Below, in pieces: positions 47,252 to 57,241 of a stretch of 64,000 bases of DNA. Position 1 is the stretch's first letter. Every line of letters starts with the position of its first letter. A program made the translations under genes and the position numbers. The stretch is taken from NCBI GenBank assembly GCA_964541945.1, contig CAZISE010000020.1:1530-65529 (forward strand). Direction: 5' to 3'. The notes under the pieces are model-generated. The model saw nothing but the letters and a program-made list of their open reading frames with translations. It did no database searches and was not told where the DNA came from. The stretch comes from an uncultured Verrucomicrobiota bacterium. Lineage in GTDB: Bacteria; Verrucomicrobiota; Verrucomicrobiia; Palsa-1439.

Positions 47252-48555
47252 GGTAACCGTCCTGTCGTGGCAACCTGGGCGGCCACTTTGCCGGCGGCTT
47301 CGCCCATGGCGACGGCGTTGCCGGTGACGCGATAGCTGGAGTGCGCAATGAAATCGCCGCTGATGCAGCGACCCGCCATCAAAAGACCGTCCACGTCTTT
47401 CGCGATCAACGCCCGCAACGGAATGTCGTACGGCTTCGCCCGGAACCCGGCGCCGGTAGTTCCCTTGCTCTTTGTCGGGTCGGTCGAGTGAACGTCAATC
47501 GGGAATGTCACATGGCAGACCGCGTCCTCCTGTCGGCGTCCCTCACGCAGGTCGTCAACGGTCACGGTGTAACGTCCACGCAGGCGACGACCTTCGCGCA
47601 CGCCGATCTGCGCGGCAGTGGCGACGATGTGGAGGTTTTTCCATGGCCCACCGAGGGAGCGCAAGCCGTTGACGAGTTGGTGAAGTTCCTTGCGCGCTCG
47701 AAGCGTCGCGGCGGTCAAATCGCGTGCGTCGGTGCCCAGCACGCCGTACTCGTGATTGGCCATCAACGCGAACAGGTCGTCGCGCAAACGAAACAGCGTC
47801 GGTTTCGCATACGAGGGCGACAGGCCGCCCTTCTCCATCGCCGCGCGCAACCGTTCTTTTGGCCCGGACCTGTCCCGATCATCGTCCTCACGGTAAAACC
47901 CCCGCACTTCCGACGGCACAAGACCGCTGACCAGTGCCATCAACGTCATCGGCTGGGTCCTGCCTGTTTCGGGATGACCGAGATCGAACCCGCAACCCGC
48001 CGCCGCGCCGAGATCGCCGTCGCCGGTGCAGTCAATGAAGACTTTTCCCGGCACGGCTTCACGTCCCGATTTCGATTCGGTAATGACGTGCGTCAGCCGT
48101 TGACCGTCACGACGGGCGGCGCACACGCGCGTGTGAAGCTGGATTTCGACGCCGGCTTCGGCACAAAGCTCTTCCAACACCAGTTTCATCACTTCCGGTT
48201 CGTAGCCGTTGCGGTTGCTGGCGGCGCGTCCGCCGTGTGTTTCCAACCGTTGAAAGATTTCCGTCATCAGGCCGCTCTTGTTCGCGTGATCGAGAATCCA
48301 ACTCAGCAGACCGGTCGTCCAAATGCCGCCGAGACAACCGTGCAGTTCCAGCAACAACGTCTTTGCGCCGGCGCGCGCCGCGCTGATGGCAGCGGCGACA
48401 CCGGCCGGGCCGCCGCCGCAGACAACCACGTCTGCGCCCGGTCGCAGCGGCAGAGGACGGACCGGTTCCTCGAACCCGTCGGAAGCGGCTTCCAGAGGCA
48501 CGCGTCCGAGAGCGACACCGGTCACGACGCTGCCGAGAAAGGCGCGTCGGTTCAT
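47248..48555 (-). CDS. Tat-exported FAD-dependent oxidoreductase (paralog of 45213..46529).
   Basis: MNRRAFLGSVVTGVALG. DVVVCGGGPAGVAAAISAARAGAKTLL. C-terminus MAGRCISGDFIAHSSYRVTGNAVAMGEAAGK is nearly identical to its paralog. Confidence 0.8.
   Translation of the reverse strand: MNRRAFLGSVVTGVALGRVPLEAASDGFEEPVRPLPLRPGADVVVCGGGPAGVAAAISAARAGAKTLLLELHGCLGGIWTTGLLSWILDHANKSGLMTEIFQRLETHGGRAASNRNGYEPEVMKLVLEELCAEAGVEIQLHTRVCAARRDGQRLTHVITESKSGREAVPGKVFIDCTGDGDLGAAAGCGFDLGHPETGRTQPMTLMALVSGLVPSEVRGFYREDDDRDRSGPKERLRAAMEKGGLSPSYAKPTLFRLRDDLFALMANHEYGVLGTDARDLTAATLRARKELHQLVNGLRSLGGPWKNLHIVATAAQIGVREGRRLRGRYTVTVDDLREGRRQEDAVCHVTFPIDVHSTDPTKSKGTTGAGFRAKPYDIPLRALIAKDVDGLLMAGRCISGDFIAHSSYRVTGNAVAMGEAAGKVAAQVATTGRLP
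47291..47455. repeat. Second copy of the roughly 165-bp near-identical tract (see 45251..45415).
   Basis: Same alignment. Confidence 0.8.
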
Positions 48556-49211
48556 TCGGGCAACTCCCGGATCTGGATGGAGCGGTACCAGGCCTCGTCG
48601 TTGTGATCGGTCAGCATAATATGGCCTCGAATTTTCGTGCCGAAATCCGGGTATTTTTTGAATTTGCTGTTTGCGATTCCGTTTTTCACGGCGTCGCTAC
48701 CCAACTCGTATTCCAGGACTTTCTTCCCGTTCAACCAGTGCTCAACCTTGTTACCGTTGACGACGATTTTCGAGAGGTTCCATTCGCCCGCCGGCTTCAG
48801 TGGTTTGTCGGGCGCGGGCGCCAACACATCATAGAAAGCCGCGGTTTTGGCCTTGTCGGGCAGTTTTTTCCATTTCTCATGGTTGTCGTCGAGCATCTGG
48901 TATTCGTGGCCGGGCGCTTGCGGGCGTTTTTCGGTGACGAAATATTTCACGCCATTGTTGGCGCCGGGTTTGAGCAGCCATTCCCAGGTTAGTTCGAAGT
49001 TGTTGTAGGTCTTTTCGGTAATGATGTCGCCGCCTTTTTGACCGGCGAGTTTTTTGAGGATGCCGTTTTCGACTTTCCAACCGTCTCCAATGGGGGTGCC
49101 GGCGGGTTTGTTGTAGGGACGCCAGCCTTTGAGAGACTGGCCGTCGAAGAGCGGCTCGTCAGCGCGAGCGACCAGGGAGACGACGAGGAGAAAGAGAGCA
49201 AGTGTTTTCAT
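48552..49211 (-). CDS. DUF1080 (3-keto-disaccharide-hydrolase-like / LamG-like) secreted protein.
   Basis: MKTLALFLLVVSLVARADEPLFDGQSLKGWRP...GDGWKVENGIL..........ITEKTYNNFELTWEW and ...GHIMLTDHNDEAWYRSIQIREL are DUF1080 hallmarks. Start at 49211 with a 4-bp overlap with the upstream gene. Confidence 0.75.
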   Translation of the reverse strand: MKTLALFLLVVSLVARADEPLFDGQSLKGWRPYNKPAGTPIGDGWKVENGILKKLAGQKGGDIITEKTYNNFELTWEWLLKPGANNGVKYFVTEKRPQAPGHEYQMLDDNHEKWKKLPDKAKTAAFYDVLAPAPDKPLKPAGEWNLSKIVVNGNKVEHWLNGKKVLEYELGSDAVKNGIANSKFKKYPDFGTKIRGHIMLTDHNDEAWYRSIQIRELPE

Positions 49212-50524
49212 GTGGGATATTGCCAGGGGCCGCGGTAGTCGCGGCGCAGGAGTTGATTGGCGTCGGGATCGCCGATGATGGTTTCTTTCGCGCCATCCCA
49301 GAGGATGCTGCGGCCGAGTTTGTAGGAGAGCATGCCGAGCAGGGCACAACAGGTGGAGCGATGAATCTCCTCGATGTCGCAGACGGGTTTGCGCCCTGTC
49401 TGGATGGCGTCGAGAAAGTCGGCCCAGAGTTCCTTGATGTTCTGGCCGTCGGGCTGACCAAGGCGCGCGTCCTCATGGAGGACCGGTTCGTTTTTGTTGA
49501 CGGGATAAAATGTCCAGCCGTCCTGCCACCCCATGTGGAAGGTGCCTTTGGTGCCGTAGAAGTAGCAGCCGACGTTTTCGCCTTTCTCGGCATTGTTCCC
49601 GGCAAAAAGGCGGTGTTCCCACTGCACGGTGAGCGACTCAAACTCCCAGGTGGCAACCTGATGATCGGGGGCATCGCTGGTCTGCTCGTCTTTGGTACAC
49701 ACTGCCAGGCCTTTGACGGGACGACCGCCGTGGGAGAAGACCTTGCGAGGGTGTTTCTCGTCGGTAATCCAGAGAACCTGATCGAGCCAGTGAATACCCC
49801 AGTCCCCAAGCGTGCCGTTGGCGTAATCGAGGAAGTTGCGAAACCCCTTCGGGTGAATGCGTGGGTTGAACGGACGCAACGGCGCGGGACCGCACCACAT
49901 TTCCCAATCGAGTTCGCGGGGTGGCTCTACATTTTTCTGCGGCGTTTCAGGGCCGCCGCCATAGTGGACAAAACAACGGACCATGCCGATTTTGCCGGCC
50001 TTGCCGGCACGAAGGAACTCCCGTCCGCTGACGTTGTGCGGGGAAACGCGGCGGTGGGTACCCACCTGCACGACGCGGCCGGCCGCGCGCGCGGCGTTAA
50101 CCATCGCGCGACCTTCGGCAATGGTGTGGCTGATCGGTTTCTCGACGTAAACATGCGCGCCCGCCTTGACTGCGGCAATGGTCGGGAGCGCGTGCCAGTG
50201 ATCCGGTGTGCCGACAATCACAATGTCAGGTTTCTGCTGGTCGAGCAAATCGCGGTAGTCACGATAAAGTTTTGGCTGGTCGCCGGTAAGTTTCTGGACG
50301 CGCTCGGCGGTCCTGTCGAGGTGTCGCCGATCCACGTCGCAAAGACCGACAATCGGACACGAACCGCTGGCCATGGCCTCGGTAAGGATGTTATTCCCCC
50401 ACCAACCGCAACCGATGAGGGCGGTGCGGTATTTTCGCGCAGGTGTGTCGGCGCGGAGGATTGGCCACGCGGCCAACGCCACGCCCGCGGCGGCGGAGGT
50501 TTTGAGGAACTGGCGACGGTTCAT
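49208..50524 (-). CDS. Tat-exported Gfo/Idh/MocA-family NAD(P)-dependent oxidoreductase (glycoside 3-dehydrogenase-like).
   Basis: Twin-arginine MNRRQFLKTSAAAGVALAAWP. Rossmann IGCGWWGNN and ...VYVEKP.... Confidence 0.85.
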   Translation of the reverse strand: MNRRQFLKTSAAAGVALAAWPILRADTPARKYRTALIGCGWWGNNILTEAMASGSCPIVGLCDVDRRHLDRTAERVQKLTGDQPKLYRDYRDLLDQQKPDIVIVGTPDHWHALPTIAAVKAGAHVYVEKPISHTIAEGRAMVNAARAAGRVVQVGTHRRVSPHNVSGREFLRAGKAGKIGMVRCFVHYGGGPETPQKNVEPPRELDWEMWCGPAPLRPFNPRIHPKGFRNFLDYANGTLGDWGIHWLDQVLWITDEKHPRKVFSHGGRPVKGLAVCTKDEQTSDAPDHQVATWEFESLTVQWEHRLFAGNNAEKGENVGCYFYGTKGTFHMGWQDGWTFYPVNKNEPVLHEDARLGQPDGQNIKELWADFLDAIQTGRKPVCDIEEIHRSTCCALLGMLSYKLGRSILWDGAKETIIGDPDANQLLRRDYRGPWQYPT

Positions 50525-51281
50525 GGCGGCTCCTTTCGTTTGGTGCTTATCCTACAACAGAGGCGCGCATTTGGCGAGCCATCATTGTGCGCTGATTGCC
50601 ACGTCTTCCCATCATGCCAAAAACCACCACCTCGTTGGAATACCCCACACAACAGGTTGCCTCCATGAGAATGAGAGATTCGACATCGTCAAGAAACCCA
50701 CTCAAAACCTCCGTTAATTCTCCCACGAGATCATGGTAAATTCACACACTCTGCTGCAAATAACCAAAACCGTTGTCCCGCAGCCATCGTCATAAACGAA
50801 GACGGGCGCTTCTGTTGCCAACCGACAGCGCAAACAACAACTGTCGCCAGCGTCCGTCCCAACACCGTGCCCGGCGCGACGGCGCATCGCGTCCGCCCAA
50901 AACCGCCAATCGTCCCAGGTCGGCCAATCGGCGTACCCATTGTTCCCCGTGTTGTTCGCGGACCAGCAATTGGCGCTGTTCCAGACGGTGGAGTTGGCGC
51001 CGTAGCACGTGTCGGCGTTCCCATGCTTCAAACGGCGCGGTGAGACTAGCAAAGGTGGGCCGCAAGAGTTTGTCGCCTGCCCACAGTAACCTTATCAATG
51101 TTTCTTCCACGATGGATGTGGTCCGCATTAGTTCGTCTCCCTCTTGACTGTTTCACTCTTTTGGCAATGCGGGAAATCCGGTGTTTTGTGGTCGTTGTGG
51201 CGGTTGGGACTGACAATTGTGATCGTGGCTGACAACCCGGGACGGTTGCGGCGGTTGAAAGGGATCAGCGACGGCAAATGT

Positions 51282-52580
51282 TCAGGCGGCAGGCGATGAG
51301 GCCGAATCAGAGGCGTGGGATGACTCCAACGGCGTCACGGGGTCAATGAACAGCCAGCAGACCGCGCCGATGGCGTAGGCGGCAGCGGCGGCCCAGAAGG
51401 CAGCGTTCCAATTGTCGCTGGTGAGTTTGAGGAGATAGGCGATGGCAATCGGGCAGAGCGTACCGCCGGCCTGTCCCATCATGTTCATTGTGCCGGATAA
51501 CGACCCGGCATAACGCCCCCCGATGTCCATACAGGCGCCCCAAGCACCGGGCATGGCGAGATCGTTGGAAAAGCTGGCGATACCGAGCACGACCATTGCC
51601 AGGGTGGCGCTGGCAATGTTGGGAGACCACGCCAACATGATGGCGGCGGCAGCGAGACCGGTGACCGCCAGGGCGCGACGGGCGCGGGCGGTGTTGCCCA
51701 GCCATTCGGCGGCGCGGGTGGCAATCAGGCCGCTGAAGAGGCTGCCCAGTCCGCCAAAGAACAACGGCAAACCGGCAAGCAAGGCTCCTTTTTCGAGGCT
51801 GACGTGGCGCGCCTCGCGCAGGTAGGTCGGCAACCAGGTGATGTAGAAATACCAGCCGAAGTTCATGCAGAAGAACGGCACAAACAACAGCCAGATTCGG
51901 GGGCTGGTCAGCAATCGTCGCCAGGGCACCTTGACGTGTCCGGCGGCATACAGTTCGGCGCCGTCCAGTAATGCCAGTTCCTCTTTGGTCATGTCGGGAT
52001 GTTCGCGGGGATTGTCGCGGAACCAGCGATAAAACCAGACGGCCCATACCACGCCGAGCAATCCAAAAATCCCAAATGTCCACCGCCAGCCGACCAGGCG
52101 CATGACCCAGACGACCAGCAGCGGCGTGAACGCTCCGCCCCAGCGGGCGCTCAGCCACATGATTCCTTGGGCGCGGACTCGTTCGTGTTTGGGCAACCAG
52201 ATGGTGAATACCTTTGTGATGTTCGGGAAACAACCGGCCTCCCCGGCGCCGAACAGAAACCGGCAGACGATCATCGAGGTCAGGTTCCACGCCCAGCCGG
52301 TGGCGGCGGTGAACAGCGACCACATTGTCACCACACGCATCAACATCCGGCGCGGTCCGAACTTGTCGCCCATCCAGCCAAATGGCACTTCCAACAAGCC
52401 GTAGGCGAGCGTGAAGGCGGCAAACACCAGGCTCATCTGTTCCTTGGTGAAACGGAGGTCGCGTTGGATGTCGCCGGAGGCTTGCGAAATACAGACCCGA
52501 TCCACGTAGGTGATGACCGCCAGGGTGACGGCAAACACGACCACCGTGTGTCGAACGCGCGGCGCGGAAGTTTTGTTCAT
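51282..52580 (-). CDS. MFS transporter (sugar/sugar-acid permease type).
   Basis: 12 TM helices. GWMGDKFGPRRML (MFS motif A-like). Start at 52580 with ATGA overlap with the upstream sulfatase stop. Confidence 0.85.
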   Translation of the reverse strand: MNKTSAPRVRHTVVVFAVTLAVITYVDRVCISQASGDIQRDLRFTKEQMSLVFAAFTLAYGLLEVPFGWMGDKFGPRRMLMRVVTMWSLFTAATGWAWNLTSMIVCRFLFGAGEAGCFPNITKVFTIWLPKHERVRAQGIMWLSARWGGAFTPLLVVWVMRLVGWRWTFGIFGLLGVVWAVWFYRWFRDNPREHPDMTKEELALLDGAELYAAGHVKVPWRRLLTSPRIWLLFVPFFCMNFGWYFYITWLPTYLREARHVSLEKGALLAGLPLFFGGLGSLFSGLIATRAAEWLGNTARARRALAVTGLAAAAIMLAWSPNIASATLAMVVLGIASFSNDLAMPGAWGACMDIGGRYAGSLSGTMNMMGQAGGTLCPIAIAYLLKLTSDNWNAAFWAAAAAYAIGAVCWLFIDPVTPLESSHASDSASSPAA

Positions 52581-53962
52581 GTCCCTTCTTTGCCGGGGCG
52601 TTCGACGGGGATGTTGTCCTTCGCCCAAGAGGCCAGTTCGGTTTGGAGTTTTTGGAGGATGTTGGCGTGTTGCGGGTCGGTGGCGAGGTTGTTCGTCTCC
52701 CAGGGATCGTTGGTGAGGTGGAAAAGTTGGGTATGGGTTTGGGTGTTGATGTCGTATTCGATCAGTTTCCAATCACGGGTGCGGAGGGCGCGCATCAGGT
52801 GTGAATAGGCAAAGAACAACGTTTCTCGAACATTTTCCTGTTGACCTTTTAGCAGCGGCAGCAGGTTGCGGCCATCGGTGCAGGAGGACGGCGGCCTCAA
52901 CCCGGCCATGGCACAGACGGTGGGGAAAATGTCGAGCAGATAACAGAAGGCGTCGGTTCGTTTGTCTTTGGGCAGGCCAGGGCCGGTGATGATCAAGGGG
53001 ACGCGGATGCTATGGTCGTAGAGACTTTGTTTGCCCATCAAACCGTGCTGGCCAACGGCCAGGCCGTTGTCGCCGGCAAAGATGACGATGGTGTTGTCGG
53101 CCAGCCCGCTCTGGCGCAGGGCGGCCAGAATGCGGCCCATCTGGGCGTCGGTGGCGGTTGTCAGGGCGTAGTAGGCGGCGATGTGTTGGCGGATTTCTTC
53201 CGGAGTGCGCGGGTAGGGCGCCAGCAACTCATCGCGGAGGTTTCGTATGCCGATGTCGAACGGGTGTTCGGGTTGAAAGTTTGGCGGCAGGGGCAGTTTC
53301 GAGGCGTCGTAGATGTCGTGAAAGTGCTTCGGGCCAACACGCGGATCATGCGGTGTGCGAAATGAAACATACGCGAAAAAGGGTGTCCCGGTTTTTTGTG
53401 TCTGCAGGAACTTGATGGCGGCGTCAGCCAACACCTCGGCATCGAATCTGGTTTCGACGCGGTTGTTCACGAGTTGGCCGTCGGCAAGATCGCACACGGG
53501 CATATTGAAATGGTCGCCCATACCGCCAACGAAGATGGCTTCTCCCTGTTGAAAACCGCGACGGAGGGAAGCCTTGTCCTGGTGCCATTTGCCGGTGATG
53601 AATGTGCGATACCCGTTTTGGTGGAGCCATTCGGACATCATGACGTGGTCGGAAGGTATGACCGCGCCGTCTTTTTGGAGACGCGCCAGTCCTCGTCCCG
53701 TCATCAACATGGCCCGGCTCGGGATGCAGACCGCTCCCTGCATGCTGCCCATGATGGCCGCATGGGTGAAACTGACGCCGTCCTTTGCCAGTGCATCCAT
53801 GTGCGGTGTGAGGATTTCCCGGCAACCAAGCGCATGAATCGTGTCAAACCGCTGATCGTCGGTAAACAACAACAGGAAATTGGGGCGTTGCTCCGTGGCG
53901 TCGGCGCGCGCCAACAGCCCACCAAGCATGACAAGCGCCGCGAGTTTGATGATGCCTCTCAT
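52577..53962 (-). CDS. Sulfatase (formylglycine-dependent).
   Basis: MRGIIKLAALVMLGGLLARADA. FLLLFTDDQRFD ... GAVCIPSRAMLMTGR ... GKWH. Confidence 0.9.
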   Translation of the reverse strand: MRGIIKLAALVMLGGLLARADATEQRPNFLLLFTDDQRFDTIHALGCREILTPHMDALAKDGVSFTHAAIMGSMQGAVCIPSRAMLMTGRGLARLQKDGAVIPSDHVMMSEWLHQNGYRTFITGKWHQDKASLRRGFQQGEAIFVGGMGDHFNMPVCDLADGQLVNNRVETRFDAEVLADAAIKFLQTQKTGTPFFAYVSFRTPHDPRVGPKHFHDIYDASKLPLPPNFQPEHPFDIGIRNLRDELLAPYPRTPEEIRQHIAAYYALTTATDAQMGRILAALRQSGLADNTIVIFAGDNGLAVGQHGLMGKQSLYDHSIRVPLIITGPGLPKDKRTDAFCYLLDIFPTVCAMAGLRPPSSCTDGRNLLPLLKGQQENVRETLFFAYSHLMRALRTRDWKLIEYDINTQTHTQLFHLTNDPWETNNLATDPQHANILQKLQTELASWAKDNIPVERPGKEGT

Positions 53963-54008
53963 GTGTTGCGCATTCTTCAATTCTTTTGTTTCTTTTTCAA
54001 GCTTCCCG

Positions 54009-57000
54009 TCACGGCATTCCGCCGAGCACCGTTTCCGCGCTGTCAAAGGTCGAGCCGTCCGCCGCCACACCTTCGACGCGAAACCGCAACGGTTTCGTTG
54101 CGTCGCTGACCGGCACGGTGATTTCGAACGGATATTCTGCGTCCTCCGTCTTGCGCCATTCGCCGTCGAGTTGGTAGTGGAACGTCACGCGCCGCGCCTG
54201 TTTGGGCAACGCGGTGCACCAGAGATAAGCGTCCCACGGACCGGGTTTGACCTGAATCGCTGCCCCGCGGGCTTCGACGCCCTTCAACGTCGTCGCCACC
54301 GTCACGCTGCCGGGACGTGGCGATGGCGAGTCGTCGCGTGCGGGCAACGGGATGTTCACGCGGTCAAACGTCAACACCGTCAACGCGCGGGCGGGCACGG
54401 TGCGGGTGAGGCGGCGTTTGCGTCCGATCAGGCATTCGACGGTCACCTTTTCGGGGCGATGATTTTCGTTCATCAGGATGACGAGCAGTTTGTGGCCCGT
54501 GTGAGCGAGCAGGTAATTGATGGCGGGGTTGTCGAGTGTGACGATACCACGGCGGAACAAAAGCCATGCGTTATCGGTGTCAAACACCCTACCGGGAGCG
54601 TGTCCGTACACACGGCTGTCGAACCATGCATACCCGTGTTGGCGCTGGCTCGGAAAAGTAATCTTTCCGCCCGACAACAGCGCCGCCTCGGCCACCAGAT
54701 AGTCAATCGTCCACGCCAGATGCGGCAGGATGTGATGATAGTAGATGCACGACACGTCCGGGCCGACGTACGGATAACGCGGGTTCAACGGCAGGTCGGT
54801 CAACCCGACCACGTAATAACCCGGATAGTTGGCCCAGCGGCCAAGCGTGGTATTGCGGGCATAGGTCTCAAACATCCGGTCGCCCGTGTACGCCGCCAGC
54901 CGCAGGAAATTCGGCGCCCACGCCGACTGGTAGATCATCGCCCCGCCACTGTCGCGTCGGTAATAGGTGACCGGTTGCTCGAAACCGAGGCCGACATTGG
55001 ACGGGATCCAAGCGGGCACGGAATGTTCGGGCGCATCACCGGGGCGGCGAGGGAAACCGAGACGGAATTTCTCCGGACCTTTCCACCAGATATGGCTCGG
55101 CGAACTGACCTCGGCGCTGACCATGATGTTTGTGGACGGAATGACCGGCTGGGTCCAGACACTTGTCATCAACTGGCGCGCGCCAAATACCGCGCCGTCG
55201 AGGTAGCGTTTCTCGCCGGTCGCCTCGTACATCCGCAACAAACCTTCCCAGTCGGGCACAAAGGTGAGATTGAAGAACGGTTGCGGACCGATCTCGGCGC
55301 GCGGCGCTGTGAGAACATGTCGGGCCAGATACTCGTCGGCGAGTTGTTTTGCCTTCTCGATGTTGCCCCGCGCCAGCCATTCCTCGAATTCCTGCCCGTG
55401 ACTGTAACCCGTGGTTGGGCGAACGCCGTCGTCGGGCAATGCAATCTGGCGGAACGCCTCTGTTCGCCGATGAGTCAGTTCCCACAGGCCAAGATAGGCG
55501 GTTGTGCCGTAAATGCGAACCGGACCACTCATGTTGCCGGCGGGATAGCTTGAGCCGGTGTTGTCAGGTTCGGGCGAGAAATGCGGTTGACTGCGTGAGA
55601 GCATAAACTCCATCGTCGGCAAGGCGCGGCGACGGTACAGTTCCTCGTTACCGGTCAGCCAATACAGCGACAGCGGTGTCAACGGCGAGGCGTGGGTGAC
55701 GCCGTTGAGTGTTTCGATCTGATACGGGCCTTTTGCCCGTTCCCACCAACCGCCGAAGTTGTCGTCCATCACCAGGTCAATCATGTTCAGCGCCGCCTCG
55801 GTCAACGACACGCCGACGTTGGCTCGATAATCTTTCCATTGGAACACCTCGTCCGCCGCCGTCCGATAGCCGTCGTACCAGTCACCCGGCCGGGCCAACA
55901 CGCGGAATCGGAACCGCAACGTCGCGCCCGCCTCGCAACGCGCCCGCGCCGTTCCCGGCACCGGCCCGTAAATGGCCGGTTGGACCTCGCCAGCGGGGTT
56001 GCGCAGCGCCAACGCGAATCGCGGGTCGCGCCGGTCCGGCCACGCGAACGGAATCTCCGACGGATCACCGCACACGGCCCAGACATTTGAGCCGCCCGTC
56101 TGCATCAGCGCCACCGGTGTTGGCGTCAACGGCGAGAGCAATGCGACAGGCCGCGAAGGAAACCGTTTCCGATGCCACATCATCGGCAGGAGCAATTCGT
56201 CCACCTCAGCCAACGGCTTTGCCTGAAACAGATGATAACCGAGCGAGTACGAGCCGGTTTTCGCCGGCTGAAATGCCAGTTCCACACGCGCGGCGCGTTC
56301 CCCCGGACACAGTTCCCAGGTCGCGCTCAACTCGCCCATCTCCTCCGGTTCAAACCGCAGCACCACCCTCCCCTGCTCCATCGTAACGTCGCGCGGACGA
56401 AACACAACCGCCCGTCCGGCTTCCCAAACCGCCATGCCGCCGCCAAGCCGCGTCTGAAACGGGCCGACACGAATCGGACGCAGTTCGCCGCCGCTCCAGG
56501 AGGGGTAAAAACCGTCCTGACGCAACTCGACCGGTTTTTCGCCGCCCACAACGACATAACTTTCGGCGACGGCATCAGCACCGACATCTTCCCAGCGTCC
56601 GTCGCGCCGAACAAAAACGCGCGGACGGGCATGGCGGAACTCAATGCGAACGAATTCGTTTTCGAGCGTGGCATCACCCGCGCCAGTGCCGGGGGTACGA
56701 AACGGGTTCGCGTTGTTCGGCACGGGCAGTTCCAGCGGCTTGACGCGATGCGCGCCGAGCGATCCGGACGGCGTGAACGCGAGATTATCGGTCAACAGAA
56801 TCGCGTCGGCGCGGGCAAACGGCCTGCCGATGTCATGAACACCGAGCCACAACGGCCCGACATCGAGATCAAACGTGCCGCCCCGTTCCCAGTGGTAGCC
56901 GGGCTTGCCGGATTGGCCGAAGGTCTGTTCCAGGATGGTTCCGCCAACGGAAACCTTGAACAGGCGGGTGCCGGGACGGTCATCGGGGAAATCGGCGGAA

Positions 57001-57236
57001 CGCACCCAGAGCGCATATCGTCCCTTGCGCGGAATCTGAACGGCAGTGACGGCGGGCAGTTTTGCGCCATGCGGCCCGTTGAACAACGCGCCGCTGCCGG
57101 AGTGTCCCGGTGGACGTCCACTGGTGACGGTCCAATCGCCGAAGAACTGAAACTCCTCGCATTCCACGCCGATGGTAACAGCCCGGCCTGAAACGATCGT
57201 GAGCAGCAGAAAAAAGGGCAAAACAAAGAGGCGCAT
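54009..57236 (-). CDS. Large secreted hypothetical protein (1075 aa) with an N-terminal CBM-like beta-sandwich; putative novel glycan-active enzyme (polysaccharide-lyase/GH-like) of the sulfatase locus.
   Basis: Signal peptide MRLFVLPFFLLLTIVSGRA. Start IGVECEEFQFFGDW resembles CBM6/35-type modules. Long uninterrupted ORF with sulfatases on both sides. No confident family match. Confidence 0.65.
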   Translation of the reverse strand: MRLFVLPFFLLLTIVSGRAVTIGVECEEFQFFGDWTVTSGRPPGHSGSGALFNGPHGAKLPAVTAVQIPRKGRYALWVRSADFPDDRPGTRLFKVSVGGTILEQTFGQSGKPGYHWERGGTFDLDVGPLWLGVHDIGRPFARADAILLTDNLAFTPSGSLGAHRVKPLELPVPNNANPFRTPGTGAGDATLENEFVRIEFRHARPRVFVRRDGRWEDVGADAVAESYVVVGGEKPVELRQDGFYPSWSGGELRPIRVGPFQTRLGGGMAVWEAGRAVVFRPRDVTMEQGRVVLRFEPEEMGELSATWELCPGERAARVELAFQPAKTGSYSLGYHLFQAKPLAEVDELLLPMMWHRKRFPSRPVALLSPLTPTPVALMQTGGSNVWAVCGDPSEIPFAWPDRRDPRFALALRNPAGEVQPAIYGPVPGTARARCEAGATLRFRFRVLARPGDWYDGYRTAADEVFQWKDYRANVGVSLTEAALNMIDLVMDDNFGGWWERAKGPYQIETLNGVTHASPLTPLSLYWLTGNEELYRRRALPTMEFMLSRSQPHFSPEPDNTGSSYPAGNMSGPVRIYGTTAYLGLWELTHRRTEAFRQIALPDDGVRPTTGYSHGQEFEEWLARGNIEKAKQLADEYLARHVLTAPRAEIGPQPFFNLTFVPDWEGLLRMYEATGEKRYLDGAVFGARQLMTSVWTQPVIPSTNIMVSAEVSSPSHIWWKGPEKFRLGFPRRPGDAPEHSVPAWIPSNVGLGFEQPVTYYRRDSGGAMIYQSAWAPNFLRLAAYTGDRMFETYARNTTLGRWANYPGYYVVGLTDLPLNPRYPYVGPDVSCIYYHHILPHLAWTIDYLVAEAALLSGGKITFPSQRQHGYAWFDSRVYGHAPGRVFDTDNAWLLFRRGIVTLDNPAINYLLAHTGHKLLVILMNENHRPEKVTVECLIGRKRRLTRTVPARALTVLTFDRVNIPLPARDDSPSPRPGSVTVATTLKGVEARGAAIQVKPGPWDAYLWCTALPKQARRVTFHYQLDGEWRKTEDAEYPFEITVPVSDATKPLRFRVEGVAADGSTFDSAETVLGGMP

Positions 57237-57241
57237 ACAGA

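Noticed and set aside
51343-52323. 326-aa minus ORF
   Set aside because: Alternative frame of the MFS transporter gene on the same strand, and Arg/His-rich nonsense.
53880-55553. 557-aa plus-strand ORF (also 49202..50668 +, 47341..48606 +, 45459..46640 +, 44032..44892 +, 57263..58093 +, 29023..30075 +, 29964..30899 +)
   Set aside because: All are antisense to genes with clear sulfatase, Gfo/Idh/MocA, FAD-oxidoreductase, ThuA or isomerase signatures. They are typical long spurious ORFs of high-GC DNA.
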